From positions 69,599 to 133,598 of the forward strand of contig CANPVM010000002.1 of NCBI GenBank assembly GCA_947581805.1: a DNA stretch of 64,000 nucleotides, given 5' to 3'. The stretch is from an uncultured Clostridia bacterium. Its GTDB lineage: Bacteria; Bacillota; Clostridia; TANB77; CAG-508. Shown here one piece after another: positions 21,728-31,658 of the stretch. The notes under the pieces were generated by a model. The model was not told where the DNA came from, did no database searches, and saw only the letters and a program-made list of their open reading frames with translations. Both the position numbers and the translations under genes were made by a program. The stretch's first letter is position 1. The number at the start of each line of letters is the position of its first letter.

Positions 21728-21916
21728 ATCACCCCTCCTATGGAATTTATCCTTAGTCTTTTTTTCTTTATTATATTGAAAAAAAAGACATAATTCAACA
21801 ATGTTATATAAATGTTATCAAAATGTAATAAATTTGTAATAAAGTAAGCTGAATTGGAACGAGTTCCATACTTTTTGTTTATAATTTTGAAACAGCGAGC
21901 CTAATTCCTACTATAA

Positions 21917-21965
21917 TAAAAAAGAAGGAGAGCTTTGGAGACCTTCCAATTCTTTCCCTCTTTTT
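21917..21965 (-). terminator. Terminator downstream of tmcAL, a degenerate relative of the GC-rich repeat family.
   Basis: It starts AAAAAAGAAGG and ends TCCCTCTTTTT like the repeat copies, but the interior is shortened. On the minus strand it forms the hairpin GAAGG...CCTTC followed by a U-run. Confidence 0.4.
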
Positions 21966-23196
21966 ATAAAATAACTAATTTATTTGTATAGTCTAAATTT
22001 GCCCATGAATCATATTCATACCCTAACGTATAGATATTAGTAGCAAAAATATCTTTTTCTAACATTTCTTTAAGAATTTTATTAGTATTTTGCTCTGTAT
22101 ATTTTTTTACTGAAGTAATCATTTGAATTTTTGGATTAATGTTACAAATATCAGATAACATTTCTTTTCCTTTACTATTAAATCCTAATACTCTTGCATA
22201 TGGTGTTACTTTTTTTGAATTTTGCATATCTTTTTTTGTAATACCAAGTAATGCGTATAATAAAATTCTTTGAATTCTGGTTAAGGTATATCGTTTTGAT
22301 TTTATAATATTAACCAATTCAATTAAACTGTTGCAAGAATCTGCTGCATTTTTAATTGTATTTTCCAATCCTTCTGTAACATCTGCTAGTTCTGCGATTT
22401 CTTTGACTGACATTTTTCTTAATATATATAAAATTTCCTTTTCATATTTTACTAAATCTAAAACATAATTTCCTTTGCGGATTTCTTCTTTTAGTAGCAT
22501 ATAAGAATTTCTTGGCATTACTTTTCTTACATCATCATATTGTTCTGTTGCAACTAATTTGCGTATTGCAGTACTACTTGCAAATTCATCTATAATTTTT
22601 TCATCATTATAAAATACTTTTTTACGTTCTATGGAAAATGGCTTTATTTCACTTTTTAGTCTTTTTAATGCTTTCAAATATTCAATTGCTAATATATTGT
22701 TAGAACCTGACATAATATTAGCATAACGTTTAATATCATTTAAATACATAAGTAATGCATTTTCTCTTGCTTTTGGATATGATAAGCCTTTTCCTAGTTC
22801 ATGATTTAAAATTGCAACATATTCTTTTGGTTCATTATATAAAACGTTAGCAATATTATTTAATGCAGCAAAATCCGCTGTTTCAGAGCCAAAACATAAA
22901 GTATCTACTATTTTTAAACTCTCTAAAACTTTTATTGCTCCTTCTGCAAAATTTTCTGCGCTAGAAATGCTATATACTGTAGGAAGTTCTAATACAATAT
23001 CAACCCCATTTTCTAATGCCATTTGTGCTTTTACCCATTTGTTAATTAAAGAAGTGTTGCCTCTTTGTGTAAAGTTACCTGTCATAATTGCTACAACATA
23101 CTGTGCGCCTGTTTGCTTTTTTGCTTCTTCTATTTGGTATAAGTGTCCATTATGAAATGGATTGTATTCTGCTATAATACCTAGAACCGTTGCCAT
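21964..23196 (-). CDS. tmcAL: tRNA(Met) cytidine acetate ligase (TmcAL, YlbM/UPF0348 family).
   Basis: Has the N-terminal nucleotidyltransferase motif 'GIIAEYNPFHNGHLY'. The RBS GAGGGG sits before the ATG of 'MATVLG'. Confidence 0.8.
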   Translation of the reverse strand: MATVLGIIAEYNPFHNGHLYQIEEAKKQTGAQYVVAIMTGNFTQRGNTSLINKWVKAQMALENGVDIVLELPTVYSISSAENFAEGAIKVLESLKIVDTLCFGSETADFAALNNIANVLYNEPKEYVAILNHELGKGLSYPKARENALLMYLNDIKRYANIMSGSNNILAIEYLKALKRLKSEIKPFSIERKKVFYNDEKIIDEFASSTAIRKLVATEQYDDVRKVMPRNSYMLLKEEIRKGNYVLDLVKYEKEILYILRKMSVKEIAELADVTEGLENTIKNAADSCNSLIELVNIIKSKRYTLTRIQRILLYALLGITKKDMQNSKKVTPYARVLGFNSKGKEMLSDICNINPKIQMITSVKKYTEQNTNKILKEMLEKDIFATNIYTLGYEYDSWANLDYTNKLVIL

Positions 23197-23330
23197 ATTT
23201 ATTTCCCCTCTCTTATGACTTTCCTTATACAAAAATATGATATATTTTGCTTTTTTTCCCTTGTATATTTTTTATTTCATTGATATAATATCATAAAACT
23301 TTTAATTTTTCAATCGAAAGGACAAATATT

Positions 23331-23767
23331 ATGGAAAAAGTTACAATTTATACTGATGGTGCTTGTTCTCGGCAACCCTGGTCCACGGTGGTTGGGGTGC
23401 TATTTTAATGTATCAAGAACATAAAAAGGAAATTTCTGGAGGCCAAAAAGATACTACCAATAATATTATGGAATTAACTGCTGTAATTGAAGCTTTAAAA
23501 TTAATTAAGTTTCCATGCCATATTGAAATTTATAGTGATAGTGCCTATGTTGTAAATGCTTTTTTACAAGGTTGGGTTGAAAATTGGCTTAAGAAAAATT
23601 GGAGAACAGCGGATGGAAGTCCGGTTAAAAATAAGGAATTGTGGGAAACCTTATATCAGTTTACAAAAACACATGACATTAAATTCTTTAAAGTAAAAGG
23701 TCATAGTGATAATGAATACAATAATCGTTGTGATGAACTAGCACGAAATGCTATTGCCAGTTTATGA
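23331..23767 (+). pseudogene. rnhA: Ribonuclease HI with two +1 frameshifts in the first 60 nt.
   Basis: The ATG frame gives [13 protein letters not shown] and then hits a stop. Deleting the extra C at about 23370 and again at about 23387 restores '[17 protein letters not shown]', after which the rest of the gene reads through in frame +2. Confidence 0.75.
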
Positions 23768-23861
23768 GATTTGATATAATATTTATATAATGTATATTAA
23801 TTTTATATATGTTATATAATTTTTATATATAATCTTTATGTAAGGAAGTGAGGTTTGTAAT

Positions 23862-24555
23862 ATGTTAGGAGAGGAAGGAAATTTTTCAGATGTTATTCAT
23901 AATGTAAATGAAGGAAAAGATATTTTACCCAGAACCTTCTTTTGGATGTTTTTAGGATTGCTTGGAACTGCTTTGGTTAGCTAATATACTTATTCTTCTG
24001 GTTTATTTGTTACTGTTTTAGCAGAAGGTTTTTTTGGTCCTTTATTAATTTTAGAGATAATTGTAGTTCTATTATTCTCTTTTTTATTTCGTAAATTACC
24101 GGCTACCATTGTAGGAATTTTATATTTTTTATATGCTGCTATTAACGGAGTTTCCCTTGCTACAATTTTTTATGTTTTTGAACTAAATTCTATTATTTTA
24201 CTATTTGTAGTATCAAGTTTATTATTTGGTGGTTTCGCTCTTTATGGTTATAAAACTAAAAAAGATTTAAGTAATTGGCATACTTTACTTTTTGGTACTT
24301 TACTTGCAGGATTAATAGTTAGCTTATTTAATTTATTCTTTCAAAATTCTATTTTAGACATTATTATAGATTGGGTTATTTTACTTGTTTTCTTTGGTAT
24401 TACTGCTTACGATATGAATAAAATCAAGCAATTAAGCTTAATAGATACTATTGACCAAGATAAAATTCACATTTATGGTGCTATGGAATTGTATTTAGAT
24501 TTTATTAACATCTTTTTACGTATTTTGTCTATTTTTGGAAAGAGAAGAGATTAAG
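23862..24555 (+). pseudogene. Bax-inhibitor-1/YccA-family membrane protein interrupted by an in-frame TAA at 23982.
   Basis: An RBS-like AAGGAAG lies upstream. The full BI-1-like sequence, including the C-terminal 'LYLDFINIFLRILSIFG', reads in one frame except for the TAA at codon 41, and no alternative start codon follows it. Confidence 0.65.
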
Positions 24556-24565
24556 AAATAAAACA

Positions 24566-24600
24566 AAAAAATCCAGTGATTTTCACTGGATTTTTTTGTT
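24566..24600 (+). terminator. Rho-independent terminator.
   Basis: AAATCCAGTGA-TTT-TCACTGGATTT followed by a run of seven T. Confidence 0.7.
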
Positions 24601-24658
24601 TTTTAGGTTCCTATTTGGACACCTCTTTTTGATTTTTAGGTTTCTATTTTAGAACTCC

Positions 24659-24823
24659 TTATTTGGAATTAAGTGCAATGTTCTTCCATCTTTCTATTTC
24701 ATCTTGTGCACTTTTGAGTTGTTGCTGAAGGTTAAAATTTTCCATTCTTAACTTTTTCAGGTCTTCCTCTTTTTCATTTTCTAATTCTTTAATAGCTGAA
24801 ATAATGTCATTTACATTTACCAT
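24659..24823 (-). CDS. Small coiled-coil protein (54 aa) with its own promoter.
   Basis: GGAGG lies 6 nt before the ATG. Upstream is a sigma-A-like TTGACA-N16-TATAAA promoter (24869..24896). The product is MVNVNDIISAIKELENEKEEDLKKLRMENFNLQQQLKSAQDEIERWKNIALNSK. Confidence 0.4.
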   Translation of the reverse strand: MVNVNDIISAIKELENEKEEDLKKLRMENFNLQQQLKSAQDEIERWKNIALNSK

Positions 24824-24937
24824 AGTTGCCTCCTTATAAAAAACGTAATTTACGTTGTAACAATTGTATTTTATAACTTTATGCTTATTTTGTCAATTTT
24901 TTATGTGCAAAGTTAGCTTACTGTATAATAATTATTT

Positions 24938-25000
24938 AAAAAATGAGGGGTGTCCCCACCGTTCCAAAATGGAACGAAAAGGGGCGTCCCTCTTGTTCTT
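24938..25000. repeat. Copy 2 of the roughly 58-nt GC-rich structured repeat, abutting the stop codon of the class B PBP gene.
   Basis: Near-identical to copy 1, except that the loop of the central hairpin is inverted (GTTCCAAAATGGAAC instead of GTTCCATTTTGGAAC). Confidence 0.7.
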
Positions 25001-25002
25001 TT

Positions 25003-27039
25003 TTAGATTTCTTCATAAATTGTTTTTATTTTATCAAGTAAATAATGGCTTCCGCCTCTTTCTTTTACATCTTCTACCATACTAATGATTAACATTTCTC
25101 TTTTTCCATTTACTAAAAAACTATCAAACCAGCCAATTTCAGTACCTTGTGTGTCATCTTTTGAAGCTTTTATTTCTGCTGTTCCTGTTTTTCCTGCTAT
25201 GGTTAGTCCATCTATTTTAACACTATGGGCTGTTCCATTTGGATTTTCTACTACTTGAATTAAACTATCTTTAATGGTATTTGCTGTTTCTTTATTAAAG
25301 GCTTGTTTTTTATAATAAGTAGACGTGCTATTTTCTTTGTATTCTAAATATGGCATTACCATATCTCCCTCATTTGCAAAACTTGAATAAAGCATTGCCA
25401 TATGAATTGGATTTACTAACATTTCTGCTTGCCCATAGCCACTATTTGCTAGTTGTTTTTCACTTGTTATGGTATCAGAATTAGCATAAGAAGATGATTC
25501 CATTTCTTGTACAAATTCTATTTTTTGTTTGAAACCTAACTCTTTTAAACTTTTTACAAAATTTTCTATTCCGATTTTTAATGCTGCTTTTGCAAAATAA
25601 ATATTATCAGAATAAACAAGTGCATTATTTAAATTTTGCTCTCCTGCATAGGTAGTTAAAGTAGAAATGTAAAAATCTCCCCAACTATTATCCTTTTGCC
25701 ATTTATTGGTGCTTGTTCCAAAACTTTCTTCTTTGGTAAAACTACCTAAGTTTAAGCCTATAGCACCTGTAATTGGCTTCATAGAAGAACCTGGTGCATA
25801 GCTTGCTAAATATCTGTTGTAAAAAGGTTTTTCTTCATCTTGAGATAATGCATTCCATTTATTTGTTGTCATTCCTAAACTAAAGTCGTTAGAATCAAAA
25901 GTAGGTGTACTAACTAAAGCTAAAATTTCACCTGTTTTTGGATTCATTGCTACATGAGCACTTTTATCTTCTTTAAATTGTTCATATAAAGCCTCTTGCA
26001 AATTACTATCAATGGTTAGTTTAATATCTTCTCCATTTTTTGCCTCTTTCTTTGCAATGGTCTTTATTTTTTCTCCTTCACCATTGATAATATAAATTTC
26101 TGCTCCATCTATTGCTCTTAAACGGTTTTCATATATTTTTTCTAAACCAGATTTTCCTATTTTGCTATATTCATTATAGCCCTCGCCTTTCTTTTCTTTT
26201 AATTCTTCCTGACTAATACCTTGTATATAGCCAAGAAGATGAGAAGTAGCTTCTCCCAGTGGATAAATTCTTTCTTCGGTATCGATAATTTTAATTCCTT
26301 TTATTTCTAATAATTGGTTTTTTAAGGCTTGCTCTGTTTTTCTAATGGTTCTTAAAGGAACAAATGTGTCTTCTCCTACATAGGAAGCAGATAAGCTACT
26401 ATGGATACTTTCACTAGAAATATCTAAAAGCTCTGCCACCTTTGCAATATCTTGTTCTTTGGTATCGCTATTCATCTTACCTGGTACGAACCCAACTTGT
26501 GAAGCAGTTTGTTTTCCTGCTAAAATAGTGCCATTTCGAGCTAATATTTTGCCCCTATCTGCTTCTATCGTTTCTACTCTTACTTTATAATTGTTTTCTA
26601 ATTCTGGAAAAATGTCATTAGAAGACCAATCTAATTTGTAATCTTCATCCTCTTTTGTAAAATAGCTTGTATTCGAAAAATTGATTTCTCCAGCTACTGT
26701 TTGCATAGTTACTTGATAGATTACTTCTGCAGTTTTCTCTTTTTTATTTGTTTTTACTACATGAATATTCAAGTCACTGATTTCAATTCCTTCATAAATA
26801 TTTTTGTTACGAGAAAGATAAGTTTCTTTTTCTACTTCTTGCTTTGTTTTACTACTTAATAATTCGTACATACCTTCATAGTTTTGTTCTAATATGTATG
26901 ACATATAGGTTGTTAAAGTAGACTCTGGTGTATTGGTTGATTTTTTTCTTACAAAACATAGTAAAAGAATACCAATTATTAAAATTAGTATAAAAAATAA
27001 GATAATTTTGCTTTTCTTATTATTTTGTTTTTTCTTCAT
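25003..27039 (-). CDS. Class B penicillin-binding protein (transpeptidase) with an NTF2-like MecA_N-type N-terminal domain.
   Basis: Has the SxxK motif (GSSMKP), SDN and KTGT. There is an N-terminal TM anchor; 678 aa. Confidence 0.85.
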   Translation of the reverse strand: MKKKQNNKKSKIILFFILILIIGILLLCFVRKKSTNTPESTLTTYMSYILEQNYEGMYELLSSKTKQEVEKETYLSRNKNIYEGIEISDLNIHVVKTNKKEKTAEVIYQVTMQTVAGEINFSNTSYFTKEDEDYKLDWSSNDIFPELENNYKVRVETIEADRGKILARNGTILAGKQTASQVGFVPGKMNSDTKEQDIAKVAELLDISSESIHSSLSASYVGEDTFVPLRTIRKTEQALKNQLLEIKGIKIIDTEERIYPLGEATSHLLGYIQGISQEELKEKKGEGYNEYSKIGKSGLEKIYENRLRAIDGAEIYIINGEGEKIKTIAKKEAKNGEDIKLTIDSNLQEALYEQFKEDKSAHVAMNPKTGEILALVSTPTFDSNDFSLGMTTNKWNALSQDEEKPFYNRYLASYAPGSSMKPITGAIGLNLGSFTKEESFGTSTNKWQKDNSWGDFYISTLTTYAGEQNLNNALVYSDNIYFAKAALKIGIENFVKSLKELGFKQKIEFVQEMESSSYANSDTITSEKQLANSGYGQAEMLVNPIHMAMLYSSFANEGDMVMPYLEYKENSTSTYYKKQAFNKETANTIKDSLIQVVENPNGTAHSVKIDGLTIAGKTGTAEIKASKDDTQGTEIGWFDSFLVNGKREMLIISMVEDVKERGGSHYLLDKIKTIYEEI

Positions 27040-27077
27040 TTTAATTTTTCCTTTCTTACTTTACTAAAAAGTAATGC

Positions 27078-27956
27078 TTATTTTTCTTGTTCTTCTAAAA
27101 TACCATACGCCATTGCAATATCGGTTGGCACAATATATTTTGCACCAATTGCTTCTGCTACCACTAGAACAAAAGCACACATAGCTCGTGTTGCATACCA
27201 CCATTCTGAATCTTTTGTCTTTGCTTTTATAGCATTTAAAGAAATTTCTTTATAATACCTTTGTGTTTCTTGCTTTCTACTTTCTATGCTCATCATAATA
27301 GGAGATGCTATATCTTCATATAAAGTATTGGTTTCGTAGTAAATGCCAGAGTTCCTTGCAAATTTTTCGTGTCCACCTCCTGCTAGTATTAAAATATCTG
27401 CTTTTTCTTTTGGTAAATTTAATCGTTCTTTAATAAACTCTTTAACTTCTTCTAGAGGTGTTGTTGCAACATCTTCTGCTAAGTCTGGAAACTTTTGCAT
27501 AACATCTATTACACCTAATTTGGTATTTACACTTTCTTTGATTTGTCTATCAAAAATAGAAATTTCAGTAGAGCCTCCTCCTCCAATAAAGACACATACT
27601 TTGTCTTTCACAAAACGCGTAGTTCCTAATACAGTTAATTCGTTTTCTTTTTCTTGTGAAATAATATGAAAGTCATACCCGGTTTCTTCTTTAAAATAAT
27701 GAACAAAATTTTCTTTTTCTAATTGCTGTAATGTTCTAAAAATGCTTGTCCCACAAACATAGATATCTTCGGAAACTGCCTTTAATTCCTTAATGCTTTC
27801 AATTAATTCTTCTACATCTGTTTTTCTTAATTGTTTATCTTCATTATAATGTTTTTTAAATTGAATGGTTCTTCCTTCTAATTTTTCTATCTTTTTTCCA
27901 TCAAATTTATCTACTTTCGTGCAAGTAGAACCAACTTCTACTATAATTTTGTTCAT
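27078..27956 (-). CDS. Ppx/GppA-family (ASKHA-fold) phosphatase-like protein.
   Basis: The N-terminus 'VEVGSTCTKV', 'GTSIFRT' and 'IGGGGSTEISIF' match the motifs of the Ppx/GppA N-terminal domain; 292 aa. Confidence 0.45.
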   Translation of the reverse strand: MNKIIVEVGSTCTKVDKFDGKKIEKLEGRTIQFKKHYNEDKQLRKTDVEELIESIKELKAVSEDIYVCGTSIFRTLQQLEKENFVHYFKEETGYDFHIISQEKENELTVLGTTRFVKDKVCVFIGGGGSTEISIFDRQIKESVNTKLGVIDVMQKFPDLAEDVATTPLEEVKEFIKERLNLPKEKADILILAGGGHEKFARNSGIYYETNTLYEDIASPIMMSIESRKQETQRYYKEISLNAIKAKTKDSEWWYATRAMCAFVLVVAEAIGAKYIVPTDIAMAYGILEEQEK

Positions 27957-28093
27957 TTTACTTATCTCCTTGAACTAATATTCTTTTCTTTTTTATATCA
28001 CAAAACTTTGTATTTTCCTAGTAGTTTTTTAATATTTGTATCTTATTGTTTACGAAATATTTTTTTGTAAGCATTATCAAATTATCGTATCAT

Positions 28094-28244
28094 GAAAAGT
28101 GGTGTAATGATTTATTTGTAAGAGCTGCGTAAGCGACTAACCGAAGCGTAGCGTAGGGCGAATGGAGCAACTTACATATATTATTTTAGATTATGAAAGT
28201 TGCGACAACAAAGCTTCTTACAAATAAATCATTACATCACTTTT
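28094..28244. other. A roughly 150-bp element in the mgtA leader: 29/30-bp inverted repeats flanking a GC-rich core of about 90 bp.
   Basis: The left arm GAAAAGTGGTGTAATGATTTATTTGTAAGAG pairs with the right arm CTTCTTACAAATAAATCATTACATCACTTTT with one mismatch. The core is GCTGCGTAAGCGACTAACCGAAGCGTAGCGTAGGGCGAATGGAGCAAC. Confidence 0.5.
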
Positions 28245-28333
28245 AAAAAAATAAGAAATATTATATTTTTTTAACTACTTTTTCAAAATAGTGGTATACT
28301 ATAAAAAAATAATAAATTGGAGTTGATAATTTT

Positions 28334-30940
28334 ATGGCAGACGCTAAAGAAGAAGTAGATGTAGCAAAATTATATGGAAAGGAAGCTACCTTATCAAAAG
28401 AACAATTTATGAAAGATTTTTCTGTTTCTACAGAAGGGCTTAATGCTAATACTGCAAAAGAAAATTTAGAAAAATTCGGTCTAAATGAGATAACTGGTGC
28501 AAAGCCAAAAAAGTGGTATCATTATTTTTTAGAAAGTCTTCTTTCCCCTTTTAACTGTATTTTACTTGGAATTGTATTTATTCTATTTTATACTGACGTT
28601 TATTTAGCAGAAGAAGCAAGTTATGCCAATATTATTGTCATTGCTATTTTAGTTTCTGCAAGTACCTTTTTAGATTTTTTTGAAGAATATCGTTCGAATA
28701 AAGCAGCAGAAAAATTAAAAGAGTTAGTAGCAACTACTACAACTGTCATTCGTGAAGGAAAAGAAATGCAAATACCAATGAAAGAAGTGGTACTTGGTGA
28801 TATCGTTCTTCTTTCCGCTGGTAGCATGATTCCTGCTGATTTAAGAGTGTTAGAGGCAAAAGATTTATATGTAGGGCAATCTTCTTTAACTGGTGAATCA
28901 GAGGCTGTAAAAAAATCATCAGAACCTAGTCTTGCTATGGAAGAAATTGAAAATATTGCCGATTTGGAAACCATTTGTTTTATGGGCACCAATGTTACTT
29001 CTGGAAGTGCCAAGGCGGTGGTTATTAAAACTGGAGATGATACCTATTTTGGAAAAGTAGCTCATACGCTTTCTACTGGTAAACCTAAAACTGCTTTTCA
29101 AGAAGGAATTGAAAACATTAGTAGGCTTCTTATTCGTTTTATGGTCATTATTATTCCTATTGTTTTTCTTTTAAATGCTTGGAAGCATCATGTTATTCTT
29201 GCTTTTACTTTTGCGGTTGCCATTGCTATTTGTATTACACCTCTTTTACTTCCTGTTATTTTATCTTCTAGTTTGTCTAAAGGCGCTGTTCGTATGTCAA
29301 AAAAGAAAACTATTGTAAAAAAACTAGATTCTATTCAAAATTTTGGCGCTATGAATATTTTGTGTACGGATAAAACAGGAACTTTAACCAAAGACGAAAT
29401 TGTTCTTGAAAAATACTTAGATATAAAAGGTAATGAAGACATTCGTGTTTTAAAGCATGCTTTTCTAAATTCTTATTTTCAAACTGGCTTAAAGGGTAAT
29501 ATTGATGAGGCAGTAATTAAAAGAGGTTTGGAAAATGGAATGGAAACTTTCCAAACTAAATATAAAAAAATAGATGAAATTCCTTTTGATTTTTCTCGTA
29601 GGCGCTTATCTGTTATTTTACAAGACGAAAATAAAAAGCAAATGATTACCAAAGGTGCAGTGGAAGAAATTTTAAGTATTTGCAGTCTTGTGGATTATCA
29701 AGGACAAGTTAGCCCTATTACAAAAGAAATTAAAAAACAGATTTTAGATATTAGTAAAAGTTTAAATGAAGATGGCTTAAGAGTAGTTGCGGTATGCCAA
29801 AAAAATGACATTGAAAATATTACAAATTTTGATGTTTCAGCCGAATCAAACATGGTTTTAATGGGATTTATTGGCTTTTTAGACCCACCAAAAGAAACCG
29901 CAAAAGAATCTATTTTGAAATTAAATAAAGCTGGTATTCGTGTGATTGTTCTTACTGGTGATAATTTAGAAGTAACAAGAGCAGTATGTAATAAAGTTGG
30001 TATTAACTCAAAAAGAATTGTGGTAGGAAGTCAAATTGATAAATTAAGTGATATTGCTCTTTTAAGACATTTACGCAATACCAATATTTTTGCCAAACTT
30101 TCTCCTATTCAAAAAGCAAGAATTGTACGTCTTTTAAAGACATCTGGTAACATTGTTGGTTATATGGGAGATGGCATTAATGATGGTCCTTCTCTACTTA
30201 ATTCCGATGTTGGTGTGTCTGTCGATACAGCTGTTGATATTGCGAAAGAATCTGCCGATATCATTTTACTAGAAAAAGATTTAAATGTATTATTTGACGG
30301 TGTAACAGAAGGTAGAAGAACTTTTGTTAATTTAATGAAATATATTAAAATGGCTACTAGCTTTAACTTTGGAGAAGTGCTTTCAGTTATGATTGGTAGT
30401 GTACTTTTACCTTTCTTACCTGAAACACCAATTCAATTATTGGTAGAAGGTTTATTATATGATTTTGGACAAATGACACTTCCTTTTGATAATGTTGATA
30501 AAGAAGCTTTGCAAAAGCCAAAAAAACTAGATATTAAAGGTCTAAAACGATTTATGTTTTTTATGGGTCCTTTAAGTTCTTTGTTTGACTTACTAATTTT
30601 TGCTTATGTATGGTTTGTATTTAACATTCACGAAGTTGCTATGTTCCAAAGTATTTGGTTTACTTATAGCATTATTTCCAATTTGCTTGGACTTTATATT
30701 ATTCGAACAGCGAAAAATCCTTGGAATGGTAGCAAACCAAGTAAAGCAATATATTTTTCTTCTATTTTAATTATTATCATTTCGCTTATCATTCCTTACA
30801 CACCTTTAGGAAAAGCAATTGGTCTTGTTCCTATTGGATTTGGCATTATTGCAGTATTATTTATGATGTCTTTTCTGTACTGCATTGTGGCAAGCTTTGC
30901 GAAAAAAACTTACATTCGAAAATATGGAGAATGGATTTAA
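28334..30940 (+). CDS. mgtA: Magnesium-translocating P-type ATPase.
   Basis: Has the P-type motifs DKTGTLT and GDGINDGPSL with ten TM helices, and resembles MgtA/MgtB along its full length; 868 aa. Confidence 0.9.
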   Translation: MADAKEEVDVAKLYGKEATLSKEQFMKDFSVSTEGLNANTAKENLEKFGLNEITGAKPKKWYHYFLESLLSPFNCILLGIVFILFYTDVYLAEEASYANIIVIAILVSASTFLDFFEEYRSNKAAEKLKELVATTTTVIREGKEMQIPMKEVVLGDIVLLSAGSMIPADLRVLEAKDLYVGQSSLTGESEAVKKSSEPSLAMEEIENIADLETICFMGTNVTSGSAKAVVIKTGDDTYFGKVAHTLSTGKPKTAFQEGIENISRLLIRFMVIIIPIVFLLNAWKHHVILAFTFAVAIAICITPLLLPVILSSSLSKGAVRMSKKKTIVKKLDSIQNFGAMNILCTDKTGTLTKDEIVLEKYLDIKGNEDIRVLKHAFLNSYFQTGLKGNIDEAVIKRGLENGMETFQTKYKKIDEIPFDFSRRRLSVILQDENKKQMITKGAVEEILSICSLVDYQGQVSPITKEIKKQILDISKSLNEDGLRVVAVCQKNDIENITNFDVSAESNMVLMGFIGFLDPPKETAKESILKLNKAGIRVIVLTGDNLEVTRAVCNKVGINSKRIVVGSQIDKLSDIALLRHLRNTNIFAKLSPIQKARIVRLLKTSGNIVGYMGDGINDGPSLLNSDVGVSVDTAVDIAKESADIILLEKDLNVLFDGVTEGRRTFVNLMKYIKMATSFNFGEVLSVMIGSVLLPFLPETPIQLLVEGLLYDFGQMTLPFDNVDKEALQKPKKLDIKGLKRFMFFMGPLSSLFDLLIFAYVWFVFNIHEVAMFQSIWFTYSIISNLLGLYIIRTAKNPWNGSKPSKAIYFSSILIIIISLIIPYTPLGKAIGLVPIGFGIIAVLFMMSFLYCIVASFAKKTYIRKYGEWI

Positions 30941-31043
30941 AAAAGATAGCCAGATTCTTAATTTTAAGAAATCTGGCTATTTTATTGTTTCCAATTTTTA
31001 TTTATGTTCTAACCATTCATAATATTTAATTCTGTGTAAAATA

Positions 31044-31643
31044 TTATGATACATTATTGACAATAAAATTAATAACATCATCTTCATTATAATTTTGTTT
31101 ATCTTTATTTATAGCCTCTTGTGTTAAGTCTACAAAGTATTTATTACATTCTGGCATAATAGAAATAGAATCTAATGGATAACCAGGATTTCTTTTTTCA
31201 CATGGTGTATCTACTAAATAAAAGTTGCTTTTACTCCAAGTATATTCTTTTGCTTCTTTTCCATTATAAATGACCATTCCATATACCCATTTTGCTGTTA
31301 ATTTTCCACCATACTCTTTTACTAAATTGGTATAGTATTCTATCATTTCATCATCATTTAACTCTTTTCCATTTATTCTTCTTACATGAGTTCCTGGTTG
31401 CTTTTCTTCTGGTAATTCTTCAATGAATAAGTTATTATCCATTCCAATTGTTGTTATTCCCGTTTTATCATAATATGCTTTAGCCTTTATATAAGCATTT
31501 TCTATTGCATTTTTTCCATTTTCTTCTACATGTAGATTGATTTGTAAATCTTTAATTGTGATTAGTTCTATACCTCTTTTTGCTAATTCATCCGCATATT
31601 TTTTTACTTTAGCTGGATTTGTTGTTGCAAATAATATTTTCAT
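31044..31643 (-). CDS. Hypothetical protein; weakly resembles Ham1/ITPase-like nucleotide pyrophosphatases.
   Basis: The N-terminal 'MKILFATTNPAKVKKY' and 'IGMDNNLFIEEL' loosely match the Ham1 pattern, but I do not see the SHR motif. Confidence 0.3.
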   Translation of the reverse strand: MKILFATTNPAKVKKYADELAKRGIELITIKDLQINLHVEENGKNAIENAYIKAKAYYDKTGITTIGMDNNLFIEELPEEKQPGTHVRRINGKELNDDEMIEYYTNLVKEYGGKLTAKWVYGMVIYNGKEAKEYTWSKSNFYLVDTPCEKRNPGYPLDSISIMPECNKYFVDLTQEAINKDKQNYNEDDVINFIVNNVS

Positions 31644-31658
31644 TTTTTTCTCTCCTTA

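Noticed and set aside
23768-23861. Run of TTATATAAT-like repeats between rnhA and the BI-1 gene as a repeat element.
   Set aside because: It is ordinary AT-rich promoter sequence with overlapping -10-like hexamers, with no higher-order periodicity.
28130-28175. The GC-rich core of the mgtA-leader element as a tRNA or rRNA fragment.
   Set aside because: No cloverleaf can be drawn and the similarity to 23S motifs (AAGCGA, TAGGGCG) is too short and non-collinear to assert.
27957-28333. M-box (ykoK) Mg2+ riboswitch upstream of mgtA.
   Set aside because: The conserved M-box sequence blocks are absent. The unusual inverted-repeat element found there is reported separately as an unclassified structure.
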